A program made the position numbers and the translations under genes. From assembly GCA_048571215.1 (NCBI GenBank), contig CP182352.1, positions 352,001-416,000 on the forward strand: a stretch of 64,000 nt of DNA, given 5' to 3'. The DNA comes from Halarcobacter sp. (lineage in GTDB: Bacteria > Campylobacterota > Campylobacteria > Campylobacterales > Arcobacteraceae). The notes beneath the pieces were generated by a model. It did no database searches, was not told the origin of the DNA, and was given only the letters and a program-made list of their open reading frames with translations. Shown piece after piece: positions 39,718-49,354 of this stretch (the first letter of the stretch is position 1; each line of letters starts with the position of its first letter).

Positions 39718-40093
39718 CCGGAGTCTTAAAACAGCTATTACTAGCGTCTACATGTTTAGAAAAGGTTGAAAAATTTCACTTTGCAACTACTCAACCTGCA
39801 AGGCAATTGCGAAGCTAAGATTTAAAGTGTCTCAAATTAGCCAAATCAACTCTAAAATGATAATCTATCTAGGGTGAACCCACTAAAATCTACTTAGATA
39901 GAATCAGTAGTGTGAGCCTCCGAGGTCTCAAGCCGTAAGGCGAGTCCTATAAGTTGTTAAACTTACGCAGCTTTTGCGTAAGCTGGAGCGTAATTAGTAT
40001 TATTTGCGTCTAAAAAAAATGAACCGCGTAACGGCATGTTCAGGCCGACATGCAACTAATCCTCACTGCTCTAATCGATACCAAGTCATCCCC
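39695..40093 (-). ncRNA. ssrA: tmRNA
   Basis: 5' GGGGATGAC, 3' GGTTCAATTCCGGACATCTCCACCA; tag frame 39963-40007 encodes ANNTNYAPAYAKAA*. Confidence 0.97.
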
Positions 40094-40110
40094 ATAAAAA
40101 TTGGAAGCGA

Positions 40111-40119
40111 ATTATATCA
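40111..40119 (-). promoter_or_regulatory. Extended -10 promoter of ssrA
   Basis: TGATATAAT on the minus strand just upstream of the mature 5' end. Confidence 0.6.
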
Positions 40120-40207
40120 GAATTTTTTGAGTTTTACAAATAAAAACTGTGACCAGATTTAAATAATACTTAGATAGAATACAGAATATTTTAATTGGAG
40201 TTTTTAA

Positions 40208-41425
40208 ATGAGTAAAAAAGGTATTCTTATTATTGGTGCGGGTGGTGTTAGTAGAGTTGCAACAGTAAAATGTGCTATGAATATTGATACATTTGAAAAA
40301 ATCACTTTAGCTTCTAGAACTGTTTCTAAATGTGAAGCAATTGCAAGTGATATTAAAAAAAATCAAGGTGTAGATATTGATGTTGCTTCTGTAAATGCAG
40401 ATAGTGTTGAAGAGTTAGTAAAATTGATTGAAAAAGTAAATCCAAAACAAGTTTTAAATGTGGCATTGCCATACCAAGATTTAACTATCATGGATGCTTG
40501 TACAAAAACTAAAGTTGATTATGTTGATACTGCAAACTATGAACACCCAGATGAAGCTAAATTTGAATACAAAGAGCAATGGGCAAGAGATGGTCAGTTT
40601 AAAGATGCTGGAATCATGGGACTTTTAGGTTCTGGTTTTGACCCAGGTGTTACAGGTGTTTTTTGTGCTTATGCTCAACAAAATCTTTTTGATGAGATAC
40701 ACTATATAGATATTATGGATTGTAACGCAGGTGATCATGGATACCCTTTTGCAACTAATTTTAATCCAGAGATTAACTTAAGAGAAGTATCTGCAAATGG
40801 AAGATACTGGCAAAAAAATGATGAAGGTGTTGGGGAGTGGATAGAGACAAAGCCCTTAGAAATAAGAGTTGAACATGATTATCCAGAAGTAGGGGTTAAA
40901 CCATCATATCTACTATATCATGAAGAGTTAGAGTCTTTAAGTAAAAATATAAAAGGGCTAAAAAGAATTAGATTTTTTATGACTTTTGGAGATTCTTATA
41001 TACAACATATGAATTGCTTACAAAATGTTGGTATGCTTGGAATTGAACCTGTTATGCACAAAGGTGTTGAAATTATTCCAATAGAGTTTTTAACTACGCT
41101 TTTACCAGATCCTGCATCACTTGGACCTAGAACTGTTGGTAAAACAAATATTGGTTGTATTATTGAAGGGCTTAAAGATGGAAAGAAAAAGAAAGTTTAT
41201 ATCTACAATATTTGTGACCATCAAGAGTGTTATAAAGAAACAGGAGCACAAGCAGTTAGTTATACTACAGGGGTTCCTGCAATGATTGGTTCAAAAATGC
41301 TTTACAAAGGTATTTGGAAAAACCAAGGAGTGTTTAATATAGAAGAGTTTGATGCAAAACCTTTTATGGATGAACTTATGACTCAAGGTCTACCTTGGAA
41401 AATTTTAGAATTAGATGTGGACTGA
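40208..41425 (+). CDS. Saccharopine dehydrogenase family / carboxy(nor)spermidine synthase
   Basis: IIGAGGV, NVALPYQD, GSGFDPG, FATNFNPEIN; near nspC. Confidence 0.9.
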   Translation: MSKKGILIIGAGGVSRVATVKCAMNIDTFEKITLASRTVSKCEAIASDIKKNQGVDIDVASVNADSVEELVKLIEKVNPKQVLNVALPYQDLTIMDACTKTKVDYVDTANYEHPDEAKFEYKEQWARDGQFKDAGIMGLLGSGFDPGVTGVFCAYAQQNLFDEIHYIDIMDCNAGDHGYPFATNFNPEINLREVSANGRYWQKNDEGVGEWIETKPLEIRVEHDYPEVGVKPSYLLYHEELESLSKNIKGLKRIRFFMTFGDSYIQHMNCLQNVGMLGIEPVMHKGVEIIPIEFLTTLLPDPASLGPRTVGKTNIGCIIEGLKDGKKKKVYIYNICDHQECYKETGAQAVSYTTGVPAMIGSKMLYKGIWKNQGVFNIEEFDAKPFMDELMTQGLPWKILELDVD

Positions 41426-41590
41426 TTTTTTTTACACTTTTAATTCCTTATTTTTTTAAGAATCTTTCAATCTATTATTATAGATTTTAAGATTTTTAAA
41501 ATTAAATTTACTTCTAAATATAAATTTCAAAGTTAATTTCAAATATAATTTATTTTTCTATTATATAATTATTATTTTAATAAGGAGACT

Positions 41591-41758
41591 ATGATGCAAA
41601 AATATATTTGTACAGCTTGTGATTATATTTATGATCCTGCAATTGGTGATGAAGATAGTGGAATTGCTCCAGGAACTTCATTTGAAGATATTCCAGAAGA
41701 TTGGACCTGTCCAGATTGTGGTGTAGGTAAAGAGGATTTTGAACCCTATAATGAATAA
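41591..41758 (+). CDS. Rubredoxin (55 aa, absent from the ORF track)
   Basis: [16 protein letters not shown]...[22 protein letters not shown]. Confidence 0.93.
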   Translation: MMQKYICTACDYIYDPAIGDEDSGIAPGTSFEDIPEDWTCPDCGVGKEDFEPYNE

Positions 41759-42890
41759 AACAATAAATAGTATTGAAGAACTCCCAAGTCCATGCTTTGT
41801 ATGTGAAGAAGAGTTACTAAAAAAAAACCTTGAACTTTTAAAAAAGGTGCAAGATGAAGCGGGAGTAAAGATACTTTTAGCTTTAAAAGGATTTGCCCTT
41901 TGGTCAACATTTGATATATGTAAAGAGTTTTTGCAAGGGTGTTGTGCTAGTGGCTTACACGAAGCAATATTAGCAAAAGAGGAGTTTGGAAAAGAGGTTC
42001 ATACTTATAGTCCTGCTTTTAAAGATGAGGAGATAGATGAGATAATACACCTATCTCATCACCTTGTTTTTAACTCTTTTAATCAGTTAAATCAATTTAG
42101 ACAAAAAGCTATGGGTAAAACCTCTATAGGACTTAGAGTAAATCCTGAGTATTCTTCTGTAGAAGTTGATTTATATAATCCTTGTGCTCCTTTTTCACGA
42201 CTTGGAATCACAAAAAAGAATTTTCAAGAGGATTCTTTACAAGGTGTTGATGGTCTTCACTTTCATGCTTTATGTGAACAAAATGTTGATGCTTTAGAGG
42301 GAGCTTTAAAAAACTTTGAGAAAAATTTTGGTAAATATTTATCAAATATGAAGTGGGTAAACTTTGGCGGTGGTCACCATATTACTAGAGCTGATTATGA
42401 TGTTTTAGGTTTGATAAATTTATTAAAAGATTTTAAATTACGGTATCCACATTTGACAGTTTATTTAGAGCCAGGTGAAGCTGTTGGTTGGAAAACAGGA
42501 TTTTTAATTGCAACTGTCTTAGATATAGTGGATAATGGCATGAACCTAGCTATTTTAGATACTTCTGCTGAAGCTCACATGCCTGATACCTTAGCTATGC
42601 CTTATAGAGCAGATATAAGAAATAGTGGAAAAGAAAATGAAAAAAAATATACTTATAGATTAGGTGGAAACACTTGTTTAGCTGGGGATATAATAGGAGA
42701 TTACTCCTTTGATGAACCCCTAAAAATAGGCGATAAGATTATTTTAGAGGATATGATTCATTATACAATGGTAAAGACTACAACCTTCAATGGAATTAAG
42801 TTACCATCAATTGCACTAAAAAGTGAACACAATTGTTACCAAATTGTAAAAAACTTTGGATATAATGAGTACAAATCAAGACTTTCTTAG
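41751..42890 (+). CDS. nspC: Carboxynorspermidine decarboxylase
   Basis: [38 protein letters not shown]; start taken as ATG 41751. Confidence 0.93.
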   Translation: MNKTINSIEELPSPCFVCEEELLKKNLELLKKVQDEAGVKILLALKGFALWSTFDICKEFLQGCCASGLHEAILAKEEFGKEVHTYSPAFKDEEIDEIIHLSHHLVFNSFNQLNQFRQKAMGKTSIGLRVNPEYSSVEVDLYNPCAPFSRLGITKKNFQEDSLQGVDGLHFHALCEQNVDALEGALKNFEKNFGKYLSNMKWVNFGGGHHITRADYDVLGLINLLKDFKLRYPHLTVYLEPGEAVGWKTGFLIATVLDIVDNGMNLAILDTSAEAHMPDTLAMPYRADIRNSGKENEKKYTYRLGGNTCLAGDIIGDYSFDEPLKIGDKIILEDMIHYTMVKTTTFNGIKLPSIALKSEHNCYQIVKNFGYNEYKSRLS

Positions 42891-42911
42891 ATTTATTTAT
42901 AAAGGGTACAT

Positions 42912-43841
42912 ATGACAATGGGGCAAGATAGACAAATTATTAACGAAGAGTTTAAAGACGAGGAAGAGATAGATACAAAGAAAAATCTAAAACACAAAAG
43001 CAATAATTTTGATAGAGTTAGAGAAGAGTTAAAAAAGAAAGGCAAAAAGGTTCAAATCTGGGTTAAAAAAGAGACCTTAGAGTATGAAAAAGAATTAACC
43101 CTTTTACAAATAGAACTTTTGAAACTTCAAAATTATGTAAAAGAAAAAGGACTAAAAGTTCTTATGATTTTTGAAGGAAGAGATGCAGCAGGGAAAGGTG
43201 GTACCATAAAAAGAATCACCGAACATATGAATCCAAGGGGTGCAAGAGTGGTTGCCTTGGAAAAACCAAGTGATAAAGAAACAACTCAATGGTATTTTCA
43301 AAGATATACAAAACATCTTCCTAGTTCTGGTGAGATAGTATTATTTGACAGATCTTGGTATAACAGAGCTGGTGTTGAACCTGTAATGGGATTTTGTACT
43401 CCTGAAGAGCATCATGAGTTTTTAAAAGAGGTTCCTGAGTTTGAAAATATGCTAGTAAAATCTGGAATTATTTTGATGAAATTTTATTTTTCAGTATCAA
43501 AAAAAGAGCAAGCAAGAAGGTTCAAAAAAAGGGAAACTGACCCATTAAAACAATACAAACTATCTCCTGTAGATAAAGAGTCTCAAAAATACTGGGATAA
43601 ATATACAGTTGCAAAGTTTTCTATGTTAATGTCTTCAAATACAGATATTGCTCCTTGGACTGTTATTAGAAGTGATGATAAGAAAAAAGCTAGAATAAAC
43701 TGTATTAAATATATTTTATCGCAAGTTAATTATAAAAGTAAAATTGATGAAAATTTGATAAAATTTGATAAAAAGATTTTAATTTCTGGTACTGAAGAGT
43801 TAGAGACTATGGAACAAGAAAATAAATTTGCAAAGGCGTGA
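42912..43841 (+). CDS. ppk2: Polyphosphate kinase 2
   Basis: FEGRDAAGKGG, FDRSWYNRAGVE. Confidence 0.93.
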   Translation: MTMGQDRQIINEEFKDEEEIDTKKNLKHKSNNFDRVREELKKKGKKVQIWVKKETLEYEKELTLLQIELLKLQNYVKEKGLKVLMIFEGRDAAGKGGTIKRITEHMNPRGARVVALEKPSDKETTQWYFQRYTKHLPSSGEIVLFDRSWYNRAGVEPVMGFCTPEEHHEFLKEVPEFENMLVKSGIILMKFYFSVSKKEQARRFKKRETDPLKQYKLSPVDKESQKYWDKYTVAKFSMLMSSNTDIAPWTVIRSDDKKKARINCIKYILSQVNYKSKIDENLIKFDKKILISGTEELETMEQENKFAKA

Positions 43842-43847
43842 TTTAAA

Positions 43848-44963
43848 ATGAATTTAAGTGATTTTGAAAAAACAAATTATAGCGGACTTTATATTTCAAA
43901 AGTTCCACATCCTGCATTTGGTAGAAAATATATTGCAAGATTTCAATACGATAAAAAAAGATACGTGAAGGTATTAGGATATACAAAAAAAGACAATTTA
44001 ACAAAAAAGGCAGCCTTAGAATTAATGCAAAAATTTAAAGAATCAATTGTTGTTACAAAAGAAGAAAATGAACAAGCAGATGAAAATCAAATAGCAATAG
44101 AAAAAGATAAATATCAAAAATTATTAGAAGAGAATAGAGAGTTAAAAAAAATATTAGGTGATTATAAAACTATTGACCCAGATATTTTAAAAGATGGTGT
44201 TCAAAAAATATATGATTTACAAGAGCTAAAAAGTTATCAAATTGAGTTAATCAAACTTCAAAACTATTTGGAAAATGAAAATAAAAGAATGATTATTTTA
44301 TTTGAAGGTAGAGATGCATCTGGTAAAGGTGGAGCTATTAGACGAATAACAAGATATATGAATAACAAACACTACAGAGTTGTTGCCTTAGGTAAACCAA
44401 CTGATACTCAAAAAAACCAATGGTTTTTTCAAAGATATATTCAACATTTTCCAACAGGTGGAGAGATAGTTTTATTTGACCGTTCTTGGTACAATAGAGC
44501 TATGGTAGAACCTATTTTTGGTTTTTGTACAAAAGAAGAGTATGAAATCTTTATGGAAGATGTGGTTAATTTTGAACAAGATTTAGTTAGACAAGGTATG
44601 ATTCTAATCAAACTTTATTTCTCAGTTTCGAAAGAGGAACAAAAAAGAAGATTTGATAGAAGAATAAACGATCCTTTAAGACATTGGAAATTTTCAGAAG
44701 TTGATATGCAAGCTCAAGATTTATGGAGTGAATTTTCTGAAAAAAAATATGAGATGCTTAGACGTACTTCTTCAAGAGCAGCACCTTGGCATATCGTAAG
44801 AAGTGATGATAAACATAAAGCAAGATTAGAGGCTATGAAGATTATTCTTAATTCTGTTGATTATGATGGAAGAAACTATGCCTTAGACTTTGAAGCTAAT
44901 GAGAGAATAAATATCTCAGTTCAAAGAGAGCTAATGCAAATGAGAAAAACTGCTAACTACTAA
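43848..44963 (+). CDS. ppk2: Polyphosphate kinase 2 with an extra N-terminal domain
   Basis: FEGRDASGKGG, FDRSWYNR; about 110 aa N-terminal extension. Confidence 0.9.
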   Translation: MNLSDFEKTNYSGLYISKVPHPAFGRKYIARFQYDKKRYVKVLGYTKKDNLTKKAALELMQKFKESIVVTKEENEQADENQIAIEKDKYQKLLEENRELKKILGDYKTIDPDILKDGVQKIYDLQELKSYQIELIKLQNYLENENKRMIILFEGRDASGKGGAIRRITRYMNNKHYRVVALGKPTDTQKNQWFFQRYIQHFPTGGEIVLFDRSWYNRAMVEPIFGFCTKEEYEIFMEDVVNFEQDLVRQGMILIKLYFSVSKEEQKRRFDRRINDPLRHWKFSEVDMQAQDLWSEFSEKKYEMLRRTSSRAAPWHIVRSDDKHKARLEAMKIILNSVDYDGRNYALDFEANERINISVQRELMQMRKTANY

Positions 44964-44965
44964 TC

Positions 44966-46782
44966 TTACCAAGGAGTTGAAGGTGAATCACCTTCAAGCT
45001 CTTTTGTAGGAACTTTTTTTAATAATACAGGTGTTTTCTGGTTTTGAATTTTATCTAACCATTTTTTCTCTTCTAAAGGTGAGATATCTGTAGTTTTATT
45101 CATTTGTTGATTTTCTTGATTTTGCTTATCTGGTTTTTTATTTTTCTCTTTATTTTTGTTTTGCTCTTGATTTTTTTCTTTATCTTTTGAATTATTTTTT
45201 TGCTCTTGATTTTTTTTATTTTCTTTTTTCTTATCTTTATTGTCTTGTTTGTCCTGATTTTTTTTATCTTTATTGTTTTTATTGTTCTGATTTTTTTTGT
45301 CTTTATTATCTTTATTATCTTTATTATCTTTATTATCTTTATTATCTTTATTATCTTTATTATCTTTTTTGTTTTGCTTATTGGAGTCGTTTTTTGGTTT
45401 TTCTTTTGTAAAGCTTTTTTTACTTTTTTTAAGTTCTCTTTTGTATCTTTATCATCTTTTATTTTAAGGGCATTTTCATAGGATTTGATAGCATTTTCAA
45501 AATCTCCTGTTTTTGCATAACTATTACCCATATTATGTAGTTTTTTATACTCTAAATCTTGGTTTGAGGTGATTACATTTTTGTACTCTTGTAAAGCTTG
45601 TTTATATTTCCCCTCTTTGTATAGTGAGTTTGCTAGGTCATATTTAGCTTCTGAACTATTAGCAACTTTTTCAAAGTTTTTTGAAGCTTCTTTAAAATTC
45701 TTTTGTTTATAAAGTTCATTGGCTTTTTCTATAGTTTGAAAATCAAATATTGAAGCTTTTAGATTATTTTGCACAAATAGTATTGAAAAAAGTATTAATA
45801 TATTTGCAGTATTTTTTTTACCAAATTTTGGAAAAGATGAAAAAGCAATAAGAAGAATAAAGATAGCTAAACCCAAAGGGTAATAAAAAAGTTCAGTATA
45901 TGTTTTGAATTTTTTTGATTCTAACTCTTTTTTTGAACTTTTTTTATCAATATCAGCAATAATTTGTTTTATATCACTATTTGAGTTAGAATATTGTATA
46001 TATCCACCATTTGTTTTCATACTTAAGTTTTTGATTTTTTCATTTAATTTTACAGTTACTATTGAACCATCTTTTTTTGTCATAAAGTTTCCATCATTTA
46101 GTTTTATTGGTGTTGGTTTATTAGTTGCAACAGCTATGGTATATATATTTATATTATGTTTGTTTGCATACTCAATCTCTTTTGTATAATCTTGTTCATT
46201 TCCCCCATCAGTTAATAAAATCAAGTTTTTATTTTCATAATCTTTTAGAAGTTTATTTGTAGCTTCAAGGGTTGAAAATATATTTGAACCATTTTCAAAA
46301 TCCCCTTGGGTATTTAAATTGTTTACTAAAATCTTCAAAGAGTTAAAATCTTGAGTAACAGGAGAGAGTATATATGAGTATTTTGCAAAGAGTATAACAG
46401 CCAAAGCATTTTTTTTCGAAATTTCTATAATATCAAGAAGTTTTTGCTTTGCAAAAGTTAATCTATTTGGATAAACATCAGTTGCTAACATAGATTTTGA
46501 TACATCAATTGCTATTACTATTGAGGCAACTTCTTGTTTAAAACTATGCTCTTTTTCATCTATAACTGGACGAGATAATGCTAAAGTCATTAGAATAATA
46601 GCTATAAAAAAAAGTATATTTCTAGTTGTGTTTGTTATGGCATTACTTGATACAGCAAGTTTTGATAGACATTCTTTATCAAAATATTTTTGGAAAGTAT
46701 CTTTATTTGTCATTATAAGATACATTAAAATTAGGGTTGGTACTAATATTAAAAACAGTACGTTATGGTATAGAAATTGCAA
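44966..46782 (-). CDS. VWA + TPR membrane protein (BatB/BatC-like) with a 1-nt frameshift in a homopolymer
   Basis: DVSKSM MIDAS motif, LTDG, TPR repeats; adding one base to the T6 run at 45390-45395 gives a 605-aa ORF ending ...EEKKWL...STPW*. Confidence 0.8.
44974..45005 (+). terminator. Probable intrinsic terminator after ppk2
   Basis: TTGAAGGTGA-A-TCACCTTCAA palindrome followed by CTTTT. Confidence 0.55.
45301..45363. repeat. 9-bp tandem repeat (CTTTATTAT)x7 encoding (DNK)7
   Basis: Direct inspection. Confidence 0.95.
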
Positions 46783-46873
46783 TGTATTTTACTCCTTGAA
46801 TCGTATTTTATAAAATACTTAGTAACTTTTAGATAAAATCACGGTTAAATTATAATTATTCGGAGTAGATTTA

Positions 46874-48175
46874 ATGGAATTTAATGCAAATAGAGTTGAT
46901 GATGCTAATGTAGAAATTGCTTCAACAATCTCAAAAGAGACTATTGAAAAAAACATAGACAAGGTAGCTAAACAAGCTGCAAAGACGATGGATATTCAAG
47001 GATTCAGAAAAGGTAAAGTTCCTTTAGCTGTTGTAAAACAAAGACATGGTCAAAAGTTAAGAGAAGAAGCAGAAGGTGAAGCACTTAGAGCTATTTTAAA
47101 TGCTGGTTTAGCAGAGTTAAAAGTTGCAAATGAAGATGTAATTGGTGAGCCTTCAATTACTAAATTCGATAAAAAAGATGATGAATCTATTGATATTGAG
47201 ATAAAAGTTGCTTGTAAACCTAATGTTGATTTAGGGGATTATAAATCTTTAATTCCTGAAGTTAAATTAAACGAGGTAGATGAAAAAGAGATCGATTCAA
47301 GAATTGAAACTATGGCAAAACAATCTGCACCATTAGAAAAAATCAAAAGAAAAAGAATGGTTAGAGATGGTGATTTTGCAGTGATTGATTTTGAAGGATT
47401 TGTTGATGGTGTAGCATTTGAAGGTGGAAAAGCTGAGAAATATCCACTTGAAATTGGTTCTGGTTCATTTATTCCAGGATTTGAAGAACAAATCATTGGT
47501 ATGAAATATGAAGAAGAAAAAGATGTTACTGTTACATTTCCTGAAAGTTATCAATCAAAAGATTTAGCTGGTAAAGAAGCAGTATTTAAAGTAAAACTTC
47601 ATGAGATCCAAGAAAAAGTTGCTGAAGAGATTACTGATGAATTCGCTAAAAAAATGTTACAAGGGCAAGAAGATGCAACTGTAGAAACATTAAAAGAGAA
47701 GATTAAAGAACAAGTTGAGGCTGAGCAAAAAGGTGCATATTATAGAGAAGAGTTAAAACCTGCATACTTAGATAAATTAGTGTCAGAATTAAACTTTGCT
47801 TTACCAACTTCTGTAGTAGACCAAGAGATTAACTTTGCGCTTAATAACAAAGTTAGAACTATGAGTGAAGATGAAATCAAAGCTTTACAAGAAGATACAA
47901 CAAAAGTTGAATCTTTAAGAGAAGAGTTAAGAGAAGATGCTGAAAAATCAGTAAAAGCAACATTTATTGTTGATGCTTTAGCAAAAGCTGAAGGTGTTGA
48001 AGTAAATGATCAAGAAGTAACTCAAGTAATTTACTACGAAGCTATGCAATCTGGTCAAAATCCACAAGATGTTTTAAAACAATATCAAGAAGCTGGATAT
48101 TTACCTGCAATTAAAATGTCTATGATTGAAGATAGAGTTATCTCAAAATTATTAGATGAAAAACTAGGGAAATAA
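46874..48175 (+). CDS. tig: Trigger factor
   Basis: GFRKGKVP, FKBP domain (IDFEG, FIPGFEE). Confidence 0.96.
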   Translation: MEFNANRVDDANVEIASTISKETIEKNIDKVAKQAAKTMDIQGFRKGKVPLAVVKQRHGQKLREEAEGEALRAILNAGLAELKVANEDVIGEPSITKFDKKDDESIDIEIKVACKPNVDLGDYKSLIPEVKLNEVDEKEIDSRIETMAKQSAPLEKIKRKRMVRDGDFAVIDFEGFVDGVAFEGGKAEKYPLEIGSGSFIPGFEEQIIGMKYEEEKDVTVTFPESYQSKDLAGKEAVFKVKLHEIQEKVAEEITDEFAKKMLQGQEDATVETLKEKIKEQVEAEQKGAYYREELKPAYLDKLVSELNFALPTSVVDQEINFALNNKVRTMSEDEIKALQEDTTKVESLREELREDAEKSVKATFIVDALAKAEGVEVNDQEVTQVIYYEAMQSGQNPQDVLKQYQEAGYLPAIKMSMIEDRVISKLLDEKLGK

Positions 48176-48194
48176 ACCTAAAATAGGATAGAAG

Positions 48195-48779
48195 ATGAGT
48201 TATATACCATATGTAGTTGAAAAAAGTGGAAGAGGGGAGAGAAGTTACGATATCTATTCAAGACTTCTAAAAGATAGAATTATTATGTTAAGTGGTGAAG
48301 TAAATGATGCTGTTGCATCATCTATTGTTGCACAACTTCTTTTTTTAGAAGCTGAAGATCCAGATAAAGATATCTATTTATATATAAACTCTCCAGGTGG
48401 AGTAATTACAAGTGGTATGTCAATATATGATACTATGAACTATATCAAACCAGATGTTTGTACTATATGTATTGGTCAAGCTGCTTCAATGGGAGCTTTC
48501 CTTTTATCATCAGGTGTTAAGGGTAAAAGATACTCTTTACCACATTCAAGAGTGATGATTCACCAACCATTAGGTGGTGCACAAGGACAAGCAACTGATA
48601 TCCAAATCCAAGCTAAAGAGATTCAAAGAATGAAAGATACTTTGAATAATATTTTAGCTGAGCAAACTGGGCAACCATTAGAAGTTATCGAAAAAGATAC
48701 AGATAGAGATAACTTTATGAGTGCAGAAGAAGCACAAAAATATGGTTTAATTGATGAGGTAATTAGTAACCACAAATAA
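48195..48779 (+). CDS. clpP: ATP-dependent Clp protease proteolytic subunit
   Basis: [27 protein letters not shown]. Confidence 0.97.
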   Translation: MSYIPYVVEKSGRGERSYDIYSRLLKDRIIMLSGEVNDAVASSIVAQLLFLEAEDPDKDIYLYINSPGGVITSGMSIYDTMNYIKPDVCTICIGQAASMGAFLLSSGVKGKRYSLPHSRVMIHQPLGGAQGQATDIQIQAKEIQRMKDTLNNILAEQTGQPLEVIEKDTDRDNFMSAEEAQKYGLIDEVISNHK

Positions 48780-48787
48780 AGAACACA

Positions 48788-49300
48788 ATGATTAGAGAAG
48801 TAATAACATATCCAAATAAACTACTTAGAAAAAAATCTAAAGATGTGGAGAAGTTCGATGAAGAACTTCACACTCTTTTAGATGACATGTATGAAACTAT
48901 GATGGCACAAAGTGGAGTAGGACTTGCAGCAATACAAGTAGCAATTCCACTAAATGTACTTATAATCAGTCTTCCAAATGAAGAGGATATACAAGAAAAA
49001 GCAGATTTAATAGAAGCGATAAACCCAGTGATTACTCACAAAGATGGGGAGCAAGTTTTTGTTGAAGGGTGCTTAAGTGTCCCTGGATTTAATGAAGAGG
49101 TTAAAAGAGCACAACATATTATAGTTGAGTATTATGATAGAAATGGAAATAAAAAAGTTATGGAGGCAGAAGATTTTCTAGCAGTTGCTTGGCAACATGA
49201 GATGGAACATCTATCTGGACATCTATTTATTGAGAACTTATCTATCATAAAAAGAAAAAAGTTTGAAAAAGAGTGGAAAAAAAAGTTAAAAGCTAAATGA
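48788..49300 (+). CDS. def: Peptide deformylase
   Basis: GVGLAA, EGCLS, QHEMEH. Confidence 0.95.
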   Translation: MIREVITYPNKLLRKKSKDVEKFDEELHTLLDDMYETMMAQSGVGLAAIQVAIPLNVLIISLPNEEDIQEKADLIEAINPVITHKDGEQVFVEGCLSVPGFNEEVKRAQHIIVEYYDRNGNKKVMEAEDFLAVAWQHEMEHLSGHLFIENLSIIKRKKFEKEWKKKLKAK

Positions 49301-49354
49301 TGAGCTTTTCCTACTCTTTTTTAAATAATATCTTAAAAATAAACTAATAAAAAT

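Noticed and set aside
41426..41590. Very AT-rich intergenic stretch
   Set aside because: No clear repeats or DnaA-box cluster; consistent with an ordinary promoter region
45301..45363. CRISPR-like periodicity
   Set aside because: Perfect 9-bp microsatellite without spacers, inside a coding linker; no cas genes
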